Source: an uncultured Acidimicrobiales bacterium (lineage in GTDB: Bacteria > Actinomycetota > Acidimicrobiia > Acidimicrobiales > DATKAS01). Taken from it: DNA of 64,000 bases. Shown piece after piece: positions 37,413-46,951 of this stretch (its first letter is position 1; each line of letters opens with the position of its first letter). Made by a program: the position numbers and the translations under genes. The stretch is taken from NCBI GenBank assembly GCA_963733765.1, contig CAVTEI010000003.1:1867336-1931335 (forward strand), written 5' to 3'. The notes beneath the pieces are model-generated. The model saw only the letters and a program-made list of their open reading frames with translations. It was not told the DNA's origin and made no database searches.

Positions 37413-37865
37413 ATGGACGTCGCGAAGCGCCTCGAAGAGCTCGGCATCACACTCCCACCTGTGCAGAAGCCCGCGGGCGCCTACGTCGGGTGCAGTCTCG
37501 TCGGCAACGTGCTCTACGTCAGCGGACACGGCCCGAGGCAGGGCAACGCGTACGTCCGGGGCAAGGTCGGGCACGACCTCACCGTCGACGAAGGCGTCGA
37601 GGCGGCGCGGGTGACCGGACTGTCGATCCTCGCGACGATCGACGACGCGATCGGGCTCAGCCGAGTGCGCCGCATCGTGAAGACCCTGGGGATGGTCAAC
37701 ACCGCTCCGGGTTTCCACAACACCCCCGCCATCATCGACGGCTGCTCGAACCTGCTCATCGACATCTGGGGCGACGCGGGACGAGGCGCCCGTTCGGCGG
37801 TGGGCATGGCCGAGCTCCCGTTCGACATCGCCGTCGAGATCGAGCTCATCGCCGAGGTGGACTGA
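37413..37865 (+). CDS. RidA/YjgF (endoribonuclease L-PSP) family protein
   Basis: ATG 37413, then MDVAKRLEELGITLPPVQKPAGAYVGCSLVGNVLYVSGHGP... It is listed only as the tail of the 675-aa ORF. Confidence 0.8.
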   Translation: MDVAKRLEELGITLPPVQKPAGAYVGCSLVGNVLYVSGHGPRQGNAYVRGKVGHDLTVDEGVEAARVTGLSILATIDDAIGLSRVRRIVKTLGMVNTAPGFHNTPAIIDGCSNLLIDIWGDAGRGARSAVGMAELPFDIAVEIELIAEVD

Positions 37866-37869
37866 GCGC

Positions 37870-38724
37870 ATGTCGTCGATCGACCGGACGTGGTCAGCGA
37901 CGCGAGCCCGCATCAGCTCGATCGACCCGCTGCACGCCAAGAAGCTGATCGACGACGGAGCATTCCTCGTCGACACCCGCCCGGCGGCCCAGCGCTCCGC
38001 GTTCGGCACGATCCCTGGAGCCGTCGCGATCGAGCGGACCGTGCTCGAGTGGCGTCTCGATCCCTCGTCTCCGGATCGCCATCCCCGAGCGCAGTTCGGG
38101 GAGCCGATCGTCGTGTTCTGCCAGGAGGGCTACTCCTCGGTGCTGGCCGTGGACTCGCTCGTGCAACTCGGGCTGCGTCCGGTGCACGACCTCGCGGGCG
38201 GATTCGACGCGTGGATGGCGGCGGGTCTTCCGGTGACGAGTGCCGACGATCTCGTCGCTCACAACGTCGAGTACGCGTCTCGTTTCGAGCAGGGAACGTT
38301 GTCGAGGAGACCCACTCGTCGGCTGGCGGTCATCGCGTGCATGGACAGCCGCATGGACCTCTTCGCCATGCTCGGCCTGCGCGAAGGCGAGGCTCACATC
38401 ATCCGGAACGCCGGTGGCATCGTCACCGAGCACGAGATCCGCTCGCTCGCCGTGTCGCAGCGGCTGCTCGGCACCGAGGAGATCATCCTCATCCATCACA
38501 CCGACTGCGGCGCCCACGGCCTCGACGACGCGATCTGGGTCGACGCGATCGCCGCCGAGGTCGGCGTTCGTCCCGATTGGGCGCCGGGCGGCTTCGGTGA
38601 CCTCGACGACGACGTCCGTCAATCCGTGGACCGTTTGCGCGCGAGCCCGTTTCTCCCCCACACCGACCGCGTCCGCGGCTTCGTCTACGACGTCACCACC
38701 GGCCTCCTCCGCGAAGTCACCTAA
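37870..38724 (+). CDS. Rhodanese domain fused to beta-class carbonic anhydrase (CanA/Rv1284-like)
   Basis: The N-terminal ~120 aa are rhodanese (VVFCQEGYSSVLA...LAGGFDAWMAAGLPV). The remainder is VTSADDLVAHNVEYASRF...VIACMDSR...IILIHHTDCG...VRGFVYDVTTGLLREV, which is beta-CA. Confidence 0.8.
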   Translation: MSSIDRTWSATRARISSIDPLHAKKLIDDGAFLVDTRPAAQRSAFGTIPGAVAIERTVLEWRLDPSSPDRHPRAQFGEPIVVFCQEGYSSVLAVDSLVQLGLRPVHDLAGGFDAWMAAGLPVTSADDLVAHNVEYASRFEQGTLSRRPTRRLAVIACMDSRMDLFAMLGLREGEAHIIRNAGGIVTEHEIRSLAVSQRLLGTEEIILIHHTDCGAHGLDDAIWVDAIAAEVGVRPDWAPGGFGDLDDDVRQSVDRLRASPFLPHTDRVRGFVYDVTTGLLREVT

Positions 38725-38801
38725 CCCAAGCCCCGGCTTCTCGCGCGCAGAACGCGTCACGGATGGCGCGTCACTCGAGCGAGAACGCTGGGGGCGCGGC
38801 C

Positions 38802-39972
38802 TTAAGGCGTCGGGAGGATCGTGCCGGTGGCTTCGCCGAAGCCGATGCGGGGGCGGCCGTCGCCGCCGGCCCAGCCCCGCAGCGCGACCGTGTCGCCGTC
38901 CTCGAGGAACGTGCGGGTGCTGCCGTCCGGCAGCGTGATGGGTTCGGCTCCGCGCCAGGTCGTCTCGATGAGGCTGCCCCGTTCACCGGGGTTCGGCCCG
39001 GACACGGTGCCCGAGCCGATGAGGTCTCCCGTCCGCGCCGAGGCACCGTTGACCGTCATGTGCGCGACCTGCTGCGCGAACGTCCAATACATGTCGGCGA
39101 ACCGCGTTCGGCAGATGGGGTGTCCGTTCAGCAGCACTTCGAGGTGCAGGTCGAGGCCCCACGGCTCGCGCGGCGCGCAGGTAGGGGTCGGGCTCGGGAT
39201 CTTGCTCGGGGGGCGCAACCAGATGAGGCCGCAGCGCGTCGAGCGTCACGACCCACGGCGAGATCGTCGTCGCGAAGCTCTTCCCGAGGTTCGGGCCGAG
39301 CGGCTGGTACTCGTAGGCCTGGATGTCGCGCGCCGACCAGTCGTTCAGCAGCACGAAGCCGAACACGAGTGACGCCGCATCGTCGGGCGCGACCCGCGTC
39401 CCCGGTCGGCCGATCACGGCTCCGACTTCGAGCTCGATGTCGAGCGAGCGGCTCGGCGCCGCGGCTGGCGTGGCGCCGTCGGCACCGCCGATCATCCCCA
39501 TCGGGCGGGGGATCGCGGTGCCGGACACCACGACGCTCCCCGCGCGCCCGTGATACGCGACCGGGATGTGCCGCCAGTTCGGCATCAACGGCTCGGTGCC
39601 CGGCCGCAGGATCTGGCCGAGGTTCGTCGCATGGTGCAAAGACGAGTACGAGTCGACGTAGTCGGCGACCTCGAAGGGGAGCACACACTCGCAATCTCTG
39701 ACGGGGTGGACGAGGTCGTCGCGCGGGGAAGCTGCCAGCAGCTCGCCGACCGCGTTTCGCACCTCGGCGCCCCGACCCGAAGCCATCAGCGCGTTGAGGG
39801 CGGGTTGGGCTGTCACCTCTCGGGCGATCCCCGCAGCCGAGACGTCCACAACGTGATCGCCGATGCGCACGACGACGCGCGGCTCGCCGCCGCGGACGCG
39901 GGCGACGCCGAACGGCAAGTTCTCGAGCGGGAAATCGGACCCGTCAGGGACCGGCACCCACCCTTCAGGCAC
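38802..39972 (-). pseudogene. fahA: Fumarylacetoacetase, frameshifted as sequenced
   Basis: The N-terminal 2/3 is in ORF 38983..39972 (...FPLENLPFGV...YHGRAGSVVVSG...LNDWSARDIQAYEYQPLGP). The C-terminal part is in ORF 38802..39218 (EPWGLDLHLEVLLNG...GDLIGSGTVSG). The break is near 39170. Confidence 0.88.
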
Positions 39973-41128
39973 GTCCCGCCCAGGACCAGGGGTACGAGGC
40001 GTCGCTCACCGAGCGCGCCAGGTCGGTGAGGCCGAGCGGGCGGAACGTGTCCATCATCACCGCGAGCTCACTGGTGCGATCGACGCCTTCGCTGCGCTCG
40101 CGGCTGCCCGGTTGTGGCCCGTGTACGAAGCCGGCGGGATGGAGGCTGATCGACCCCTTCCCGATGCCGGACCCGGCGCGGCTCATGAAGTCGCCGCCGG
40201 CGTAGAACAGCACCTCGTCGGAGTCGACGTTCGAGTGGTGGTACGGCACCTTCACGGCGTCGGGGTCGAAGTCGTAGAGGCGGGGGACGAAGCTGCAGAT
40301 CACGACGCCCGGTCCCGCGAACGTCTGGTGCACGGGAGGCGGCTGGTGCACCCGACCGACGATCGGTTCGAAGTCGTGGATCGACAGGGCGAACGGGTAG
40401 AGGCAGCCATCCCACCCGACGACGTCGAACGGATGGTTGACGTGGACGTGGCGCGAGAGCCCGCCCCGGGTGCGCACGACCACCGGGACGTCCTCGCCCT
40501 CGGCGATGAGCGGTTCGCCTTCGGGCCCGCGCAGGTCGCGCTCGCTGAACGGCGCGCCTTCGGCGAGCTGCCCGCGTTCGGTGAGGTACTTCTGGGGGAC
40601 GTCGACGTGGCCGCGCGCCTCGAACACGAGCAGGTCGACTGAGTCCTCGACGACATACCGATGCGTCGTGGCACTCGGCACGACGAGATAGTCGCCTTCC
40701 GTGGCCGCGAGACGACCGAACACCGACTCGAGAACGAGGTTGCCGCTGTGCACATAGACGAGCTCGTCGCCTGTCGCGTTGCGGTACAGCGGCGAGGTGT
40801 CGGTCACCGTCGCGAACGCGAGCGAGATCTGGTCGTTGCCGAGGAGGTAGCGACGTCCGAGCACGGCGTCGGCGTGCGCCGCGGGCGACAGCTCGCCGGT
40901 CCGCAGGTGGTGAGGTTTCAGCGGCATGTTGGCCGTGAACTCGGGTTCCGGTGCTTCGACGCTCTCGATCGTCCGCAGGGCCGATGGCGAGTGGCGGTGA
41001 TAGAGGAGCGACGACGCGGCTGAGAAGCCCTCCTCACCCATGAGCTCCTCCGCGGCGACCTTGCCGTCGACGCGGTGCAGCGTGTGGCGCTTGCGGGGAA
41101 CGTCGCCGACGCGGCGGTAGGGAGGCAC
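39965..41128 (-). CDS. hmgA: Homogentisate 1,2-dioxygenase
   Basis: Trimmed to GTG 41128 (VPPYRRVGDVPRKRHT...), directly after the hppD stop. Cupin-type core with conserved ...VPYHHSNVDSDEVLFY...SISLHPAGFVHGP. Confidence 0.85.
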   Translation of the reverse strand: MPPYRRVGDVPRKRHTLHRVDGKVAAEELMGEEGFSAASSLLYHRHSPSALRTIESVEAPEPEFTANMPLKPHHLRTGELSPAAHADAVLGRRYLLGNDQISLAFATVTDTSPLYRNATGDELVYVHSGNLVLESVFGRLAATEGDYLVVPSATTHRYVVEDSVDLLVFEARGHVDVPQKYLTERGQLAEGAPFSERDLRGPEGEPLIAEGEDVPVVVRTRGGLSRHVHVNHPFDVVGWDGCLYPFALSIHDFEPIVGRVHQPPPVHQTFAGPGVVICSFVPRLYDFDPDAVKVPYHHSNVDSDEVLFYAGGDFMSRAGSGIGKGSISLHPAGFVHGPQPGSRERSEGVDRTSELAVMMDTFRPLGLTDLARSVSDASYPWSWAGRA

Positions 41129-41130
41129 GG

Positions 41131-42240
41131 CTACAGGTTTCCGCGTCGGGCCTGGTCGCGCTCGATCGCTTCGAACAGGGCCTTGAAGTTGCCTTCGCCG
41201 AATCCCTTCGCGCCCTCGCGCTCGATGATCTCGAAGAACACGGCCGGACGGTCGGTGATGGTCTCGGTGAAGATCTGCAGCAGGTGTCCTTCGTGGTCGC
41301 GGTCGACGAGGATGTTCAGTCGCTCGATCTCGTCCCACGGAAGGTCGATGCCGGATAGCCGCTCGCGCGCCTCGACGTAGTAGGTGGACGGGACCCGCAT
41401 GAACCGCACGCCGCGGTCGCGCAGGGCTTGGACCGTCGGAATGATGTCGTCGGTGCGCAGGGCGATGTGCTGCACGCCGGGACCGTCGTAGTGCTCGATG
41501 TACTCCTGGATCTGGCTCTTCTTCAGCCCATCGGCCGGCTCATTGATCGGCATCACGATCTTCGAGCCGTCCCAGACGACCGTGGACATCAGCGCGGAGT
41601 ACTCGGTGCGGATCTGGTCGTCGTCGAAGTGCTGGAGCTGACTGAAGCCCATGACCTCTGCGTAGAAGCGCACCCAGTCGTCGAGGCGACCCTGCTCCAC
41701 GTTGCCGACGACGTGGTCGATGCGGGCGAGTCCGACGGGAGGTCCGACCACGGGGTTCGGCAGGTTCTCGTCCGTGTACCCGGGTTCGAGGAGCTCGCTG
41801 CGATACCGGCTGCGGTCGACGAACGTGTGGACCGTGTCGCCGTACGCGGCAACTTGACCGAGGCGCAGCTCCCCGTGCTGGTCGCGCTCGGACCACGGCT
41901 CGCGGACGGGATGCGCGCCCCGCTGCACCGCCGCGGCGAACGCGGCGTCCGCGTCGTTCACGAGCCACGCGAGGTCGTGCACGCCGTCGCCGTGGCGGCG
42001 CACGTGGTCGGCGATCGGTGACTCCGCGTCGAGGGCGCCGGAGACCACGAGGCGGATGTCGCCCTGCTCCAGCACGTAGCTGGCCTTTGTGTGCACACCC
42101 GTCTCGGGACCGGCGTAGGCGGTGCAGCGGAAGCCGAATGCCGACATCAGGAAGCCGGCCGTCGTGCGGGCGTTGCCGACCCAGAACTCGATGCAGTCCC
42201 ACCCCAGGAGGTGTGCCGCCGGACTCTCGGTGACCGTCAT
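41131..42240 (-). CDS. hppD: 4-hydroxyphenylpyruvate dioxygenase
   Basis: Trimmed to ATG 42240. IDHVVGNVE...PINEPADGLKKSQIQEYIEHYDGPGVQHIALRT...LLQIFT...FFEIIEREGAKGFGEGNFKALFEAIE. Confidence 0.93.
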   Translation of the reverse strand: MTVTESPAAHLLGWDCIEFWVGNARTTAGFLMSAFGFRCTAYAGPETGVHTKASYVLEQGDIRLVVSGALDAESPIADHVRRHGDGVHDLAWLVNDADAAFAAAVQRGAHPVREPWSERDQHGELRLGQVAAYGDTVHTFVDRSRYRSELLEPGYTDENLPNPVVGPPVGLARIDHVVGNVEQGRLDDWVRFYAEVMGFSQLQHFDDDQIRTEYSALMSTVVWDGSKIVMPINEPADGLKKSQIQEYIEHYDGPGVQHIALRTDDIIPTVQALRDRGVRFMRVPSTYYVEARERLSGIDLPWDEIERLNILVDRDHEGHLLQIFTETITDRPAVFFEIIEREGAKGFGEGNFKALFEAIERDQARRGNL

Positions 42241-42330
42241 GGTTCGATCAAAGCCCGCCCCGACCGTGACCGCAACCAGGGTCAGGGAGTAGACAGGGAT
42301 CACCGTCAACCAAACCCTTCGGGAGGGCCG

Positions 42331-43833
42331 ATGAAGCAGCTGAGTGGGCTCGATGCGTCCTTCCTCTACATGGAGACCGGCTCGCAGTTCGGCCACGTGT
42401 CGAGCGTGTCGGTGTACGAACGACCCGACGACCCTGACTATGACCCCTACGCCGCATGGCGTGCCCAGATCGAGCGCCGCCTTCATCTTCTCGAGCCCCT
42501 GCGGCGCCGCCTGCGGACGGTGCCGTTCTCGCTCGACCACCCGTTCTGGATCGAGGACCCCGACTTCGACCTCGACTTCCACGTGCGTCACAACGCACTG
42601 CCGCCGCCGGGCTCGGACGAACAGCTCGCCGAGCTGACCGCGCGGATCATCGGCCGCCCGCTCGACCGGAGCCGACCGTTGTGGGAGAGCTACGTCATCG
42701 AGGGACTTCCCGACGATCGCTTCGCGATCCTGACGAAGCTCCACCACGCCACGATCGACGGAGCGTCGGGTGCCGAGCTGCTGACGATGATGCTCGACAG
42801 CGACCCGGAAGGTGACTACATCGAGCCGCCGCGCACCGAGTGGCGCGGTGAACGCGTGCCGAGCGACGGCGAGATGATCGGGCGAGCGTCGATGTCGCTC
42901 GCCCGCAAGCCGGGCCGCGCGCTCCTCCTCACCGCGCGCACGACCCGAGAGCTCGGCAAGGCGACGCGCAACCCCGCGCTCGTGGATGCCGCCAACCAGG
43001 CCCGCGCCAGCCTGCGCGGTCCGGTCGGCGCGCTCCTCAACGTCGGCCGGCCCCGCGCGCCGGAAGGCGAGCAGCTCGGCTCGGCGCCGTCACTGACCGC
43101 GCCCAAGACACCGTTCAACGCCACGATCACCCCTCACCGCCGGTTCGCGTTCCGCTCCGTCCCGCTCGATGCGATCAAGGCGATCAAGACCTCGCTCGGT
43201 GCGACGGTCAACGACGTCGTGATGGCGGTGTGCGCCGGTGGACTGCGTGCCTGGCTCGAACGCGAAGACGCGCTGCCCGATGGTCCCCTCGTCGCAATGG
43301 TGCCGGTTTCGATCCGCACCGGCGAGGAGACAGAGAAGTGGACGAACCGGGTGTCCGCGATCTTCGCGTCGTTGCCCACGGACGAGGCTGACCCGGTCGA
43401 GCGCGTCTCGCGAGTGCACGACGCGATGGCCGACGCGAAGCGGCTTTTCGATGCGGTTCCTGCGGATGTGCTCACGGACTTCGCCCAGTTCCCGCCGCCG
43501 GCGGTCTTCGCGCAGGCGATGCGCACCGCGACGCGGCTGAGCGGGCGCTTCGGCACTCCCGTCAACCTCGTGATCTCGAACGTGCCAGGACCGAGGGAGC
43601 CGCTCTACACCGCCGGGGCCAAGCTGCTGCACTACTACCCGGTGTCGACGATCGTCGACGGCCAAGGGCTCAACATCACGGTGCAGAGCTACCTGAACAC
43701 GCTCGACTTCGGGCTCGTGAGCTGTCGCGAGCTCGTTCCCGATCTCTGGGAGCTGCTCGACGACATCATCGACGACGTCGTGACGTTGGGGAAGGCCGCG
43801 GGCGTCGACGTCGACCTCTCGGCGACCGGCTAG
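42331..43833 (+). CDS. Wax ester synthase / diacylglycerol O-acyltransferase (WS/DGAT)
   Basis: ATG 42331 with GGGAGGG upstream. MKQLSGLDASFLYMET...KLHHATIDGASG (the HHxxxDG active-site motif). Confidence 0.9.
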   Translation: MKQLSGLDASFLYMETGSQFGHVSSVSVYERPDDPDYDPYAAWRAQIERRLHLLEPLRRRLRTVPFSLDHPFWIEDPDFDLDFHVRHNALPPPGSDEQLAELTARIIGRPLDRSRPLWESYVIEGLPDDRFAILTKLHHATIDGASGAELLTMMLDSDPEGDYIEPPRTEWRGERVPSDGEMIGRASMSLARKPGRALLLTARTTRELGKATRNPALVDAANQARASLRGPVGALLNVGRPRAPEGEQLGSAPSLTAPKTPFNATITPHRRFAFRSVPLDAIKAIKTSLGATVNDVVMAVCAGGLRAWLEREDALPDGPLVAMVPVSIRTGEETEKWTNRVSAIFASLPTDEADPVERVSRVHDAMADAKRLFDAVPADVLTDFAQFPPPAVFAQAMRTATRLSGRFGTPVNLVISNVPGPREPLYTAGAKLLHYYPVSTIVDGQGLNITVQSYLNTLDFGLVSCRELVPDLWELLDDIIDDVVTLGKAAGVDVDLSATG

Positions 43834-44672
43834 TGGCCGATCGCGCCGTTCTGACGACGGGTGCGAACTCGGGCATCGGGCTCGCGACCGTCGTCGAGGT
43901 CGCCAAGCGTGGCTTTCGCTCGGTCGGCTCGGTGCGTTCACTCCCGAAGGCCGAGATCGTCCACTCCGCGGCGGCGGAGGCCGGTGTCGAGGTCGAGACG
44001 ATCCTGCTCGACGTCACCGATGCCGAGCAGTGCGAGAAGGCGATGGCCGGGCTCGTCCTGGACGGCCTCGACCTCTATGGACTCGTCAACAACGCCGGCT
44101 ACGGCTTGACGGGCGCGGTCGAGGACGTCGGTGACGACGAAGCGCGGGCGCTGTTCGAGACGATGGTGCACGCGCCGATGCGCTTGGCCCGCCTGGCCCT
44201 GCCGGCGATGCGTGCGAGGGGTGCGGGCCGCATCGTGAACGTCTCGTCGATCGCGGGGCTCACGACGATGCCGTTCGCGGGCCACTACACCGGGGCCAAG
44301 CACGCACTCGAGGCGCTGTCCGATGCCCTGCGGGTCGAGGTCGCGCGCGACGGGGTGAAGGTCGTGCTCGTCGAGCCCGGCGGCTTCAAGACCGGGATCT
44401 GGGAGGAGTTCGAGCGCGACATCACCAAGCGCGAGGCCGAGGGCAGTCGGCATGTACCTGCGTACCGACGCTCCTTGCAGGGACAACGCCTGATGGAGCC
44501 GATCATGGGCAACCCGCAGGCATGTGCCCGCGTGATCGCCGCCGCGCTGACGTCGGGTCAGCCCCGTAGTCGGTACCTCATTGGTTTCGACGCGCAAGCA
44601 CTTCTGCTCGCCGAGCGGCTCACGCCCACATTTGTGAAAGATCGGGTGATGCGCCTCGGCCTCGGCCTTTGA
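43833..44672 (+). CDS. Short-chain dehydrogenase/reductase (SDR)
   Basis: AVLTTGANSGIGLATV, NNAG, YTGAKHALEA. The GTG start overlaps the previous stop by 1 nt. Confidence 0.88.
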   Translation: MADRAVLTTGANSGIGLATVVEVAKRGFRSVGSVRSLPKAEIVHSAAAEAGVEVETILLDVTDAEQCEKAMAGLVLDGLDLYGLVNNAGYGLTGAVEDVGDDEARALFETMVHAPMRLARLALPAMRARGAGRIVNVSSIAGLTTMPFAGHYTGAKHALEALSDALRVEVARDGVKVVLVEPGGFKTGIWEEFERDITKREAEGSRHVPAYRRSLQGQRLMEPIMGNPQACARVIAAALTSGQPRSRYLIGFDAQALLLAERLTPTFVKDRVMRLGLGL

Positions 44673-44800
44673 GCCGACTGCCTGGTAGCAACGCGACCGG
44701 GGCACGCCCTCTATATTTCTCCGACACATACGATCAGGGGGGATCGAGTGGGGGACACGGGGGTGGGTCACCCGGCGAACGCCGGTGTGACGCGGCGGGG

Positions 44801-46951
44801 ATGAGCGTGACTGACGCGACCGTCGTCACGAGACGCGTCCCGCGCGTCACGTTCGACCTCGACCGCGCCATGCCCTACCTCCTCGCGCTGGGCATCCTCG
44901 TCGTCCAGCAGATCTTCTTCGGCGTGCCGATCGGCATCTTCGTCCGCGGCATCGTCGTCGGCCTTCTCACCGCGCTGATCGCGCTCGGCATGGCCTTGAC
45001 CTACCGGTCGAACCGCTTCATCAACTTCGCGCAGGGCGACCTCGGCACGCTCCCGGTCGTGCTGGTCGTGATGCTGATGACGGCGTGGTCGTGGCCGTAT
45101 CTGCTCGCGGTGCCCGTCGGCATCGTCGCGGCGCTCGCGCTCGGCGCCGTCGTCGAGCTCTTCATCATCCGGCGGTTCTTCAACGCCCCTCGGCTGATGA
45201 TCACGGTCGCGTCGCTCGGGCTCGCCCAGCTGCTCGGTGGCCTTGCCATCCTCCTGCCCCGGGCGTGGGGCCAGGACTTCCCGCTCCTCGGACAGCGCCT
45301 CGCGCCGCCGTTCGACATGGAGCTCACGATCGGCACGGTCGTCTTCGACGCGAACGACGTGATCGCCATGATCGTCGCGCCGTTGACGCTTCTCGGGCTC
45401 GCGATGTTCTTGCGCATGAGCAGCGTCGGCATGGCGATCCGAGCGAGCGCCGACAGCGCGGACCGCGCCGCGCTCCTCGGCGTGCCGGTCAAGCGGCTGC
45501 AGACCCTCGTGTGGTCGGTTGCCGCATTGATGGCGTTCATCGCCATCTTCTTGCGGGCCGGCATCATCGGCCTGCCGGTGTTCGGTGCGCTCTCGATCGG
45601 CGTCCTCCTGCGAGCGCTCGCCGCGCTCGTCCTCGGCCGGATGACGAACCTGCTGGCCATCGGCGTGAACGCGGTGGCGCTCGGCATCCTCGAGATCGCG
45701 ATCGGCTTCAGCGCCTCGAGCCCGTTCCTGATCGACCCGATCCTCGCCGTCATCATCATCGTGGCGTTGATGCTCAGCCGCTCGTCGTCGACGCGCGTGG
45801 ACGAAGCGGACGCGTCGACGTGGCGAGCGGCCGACGACGTGCGGCCGATCCCCGAGAACGTCGGTCGTATCCCGGTCGTCCGGCGGCCAAGTGGGGAGGC
45901 GTCGCGCTCGTCACGGCGTTCCTGCTGATCCTTCCGCAGGTGCTCTCCGTCGATCGCACCTACAAGGCGTCGGTGATCGGTGTGTACGCGGTGCTCGGGC
46001 TCTCGGTGGTGGTGCTCACCGGATGGGCCGGTCAGGTGTCGCTCGGGCAGATCGCGTTCTTCGCGATCGGTGCCGCCGTCGGGGCGAAGGCGACGCTGGA
46101 CTGGGGACTCGATCTCAGCCTCGCCCTCGTCGTCAGCTTCGTGATCGGCGCGATCGTGGCGGCCGCGGTCGGGCTGCCCGCGCTGCGAAGACGCGGGTTC
46201 TACCTCGCCGTCGCGACGTTGGCGTTCTCCCTCGCGACGACGTCGTACCTTCTCAACCCGAGGTACTTCGTCGTGGGTGCCCGAGGGTCGCATCCCGAGA
46301 CCGCCGCTGTTCGGCAAGATCGACATCGAGTCGACCTCCGGCATGTACTACGTGATCCTCGGCGTGCTCGTCATCTGCTTCTTCTTGGTGAAGGGCATCC
46401 ACGAGAGCCGAACCGGCCGGGCGTTCATGGCGCTCCGCGACAACGAGCGAGCGGCCGAGGCGTACGGCCTTCACGCGATTCGCGTACACGTCGTCGCGTT
46501 CGCGCTCTCGGGCGGTCTCGCCGGCGTCGCCGGGTGTCTTCTCGCGCACCAGCAGCAGGGCCTCGATCCGGAGTCGTTCGGCGCGTTCGCGAACCTGTAC
46601 ATCCTCACGATGGTGATCATCGGGGGCGTCACGACACCGATCGGTGCGCTCATCGGCGCGATGTACCTCGTCGGCACCGAGTCGTTCCTGCCGGTGCGGT
46701 GGCAGTTCCTCGCGAGCGCGATCGGCGTGCTGCTGATCCTGCTGATCCTGCCGAGCGGCCTCGGCGGGCTGCTCTACCGCCTGCGCGATCGATGGCTCGC
46801 CCGGGTCGCGAAGCAACACGGCGTCGATGCGCCCGGCCTGGCGACCTCGGACCCGCGCGCGGCCGAGTCGGTGCTCGCGGCCGCGCCACTGGCGCAGAGT
46901 GCCGGGCCGGAACCCGAGCCCGAACCGGTGCCTGCAGGGGAGCGCTCATGA
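44801..46951 (+). pseudogene. Fused LivH-like + LivM-like ABC permease, two frame breaks as sequenced
   Basis: The LivH-like half is ...ALGMALTYRSNRFINFAQGDLGT... A linker STRVDEADASTWRAADDVRPIPENVGRIPVVRR follows. After a break near 45885 comes the LivM-like half ...VVVLTGWAGQVSLGQIAFFAIGAAV..., and after a break near 46272 come WVPEGRIPRPPLFGKIDIES...ALRDNERAAEAYG. Confidence 0.8.
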
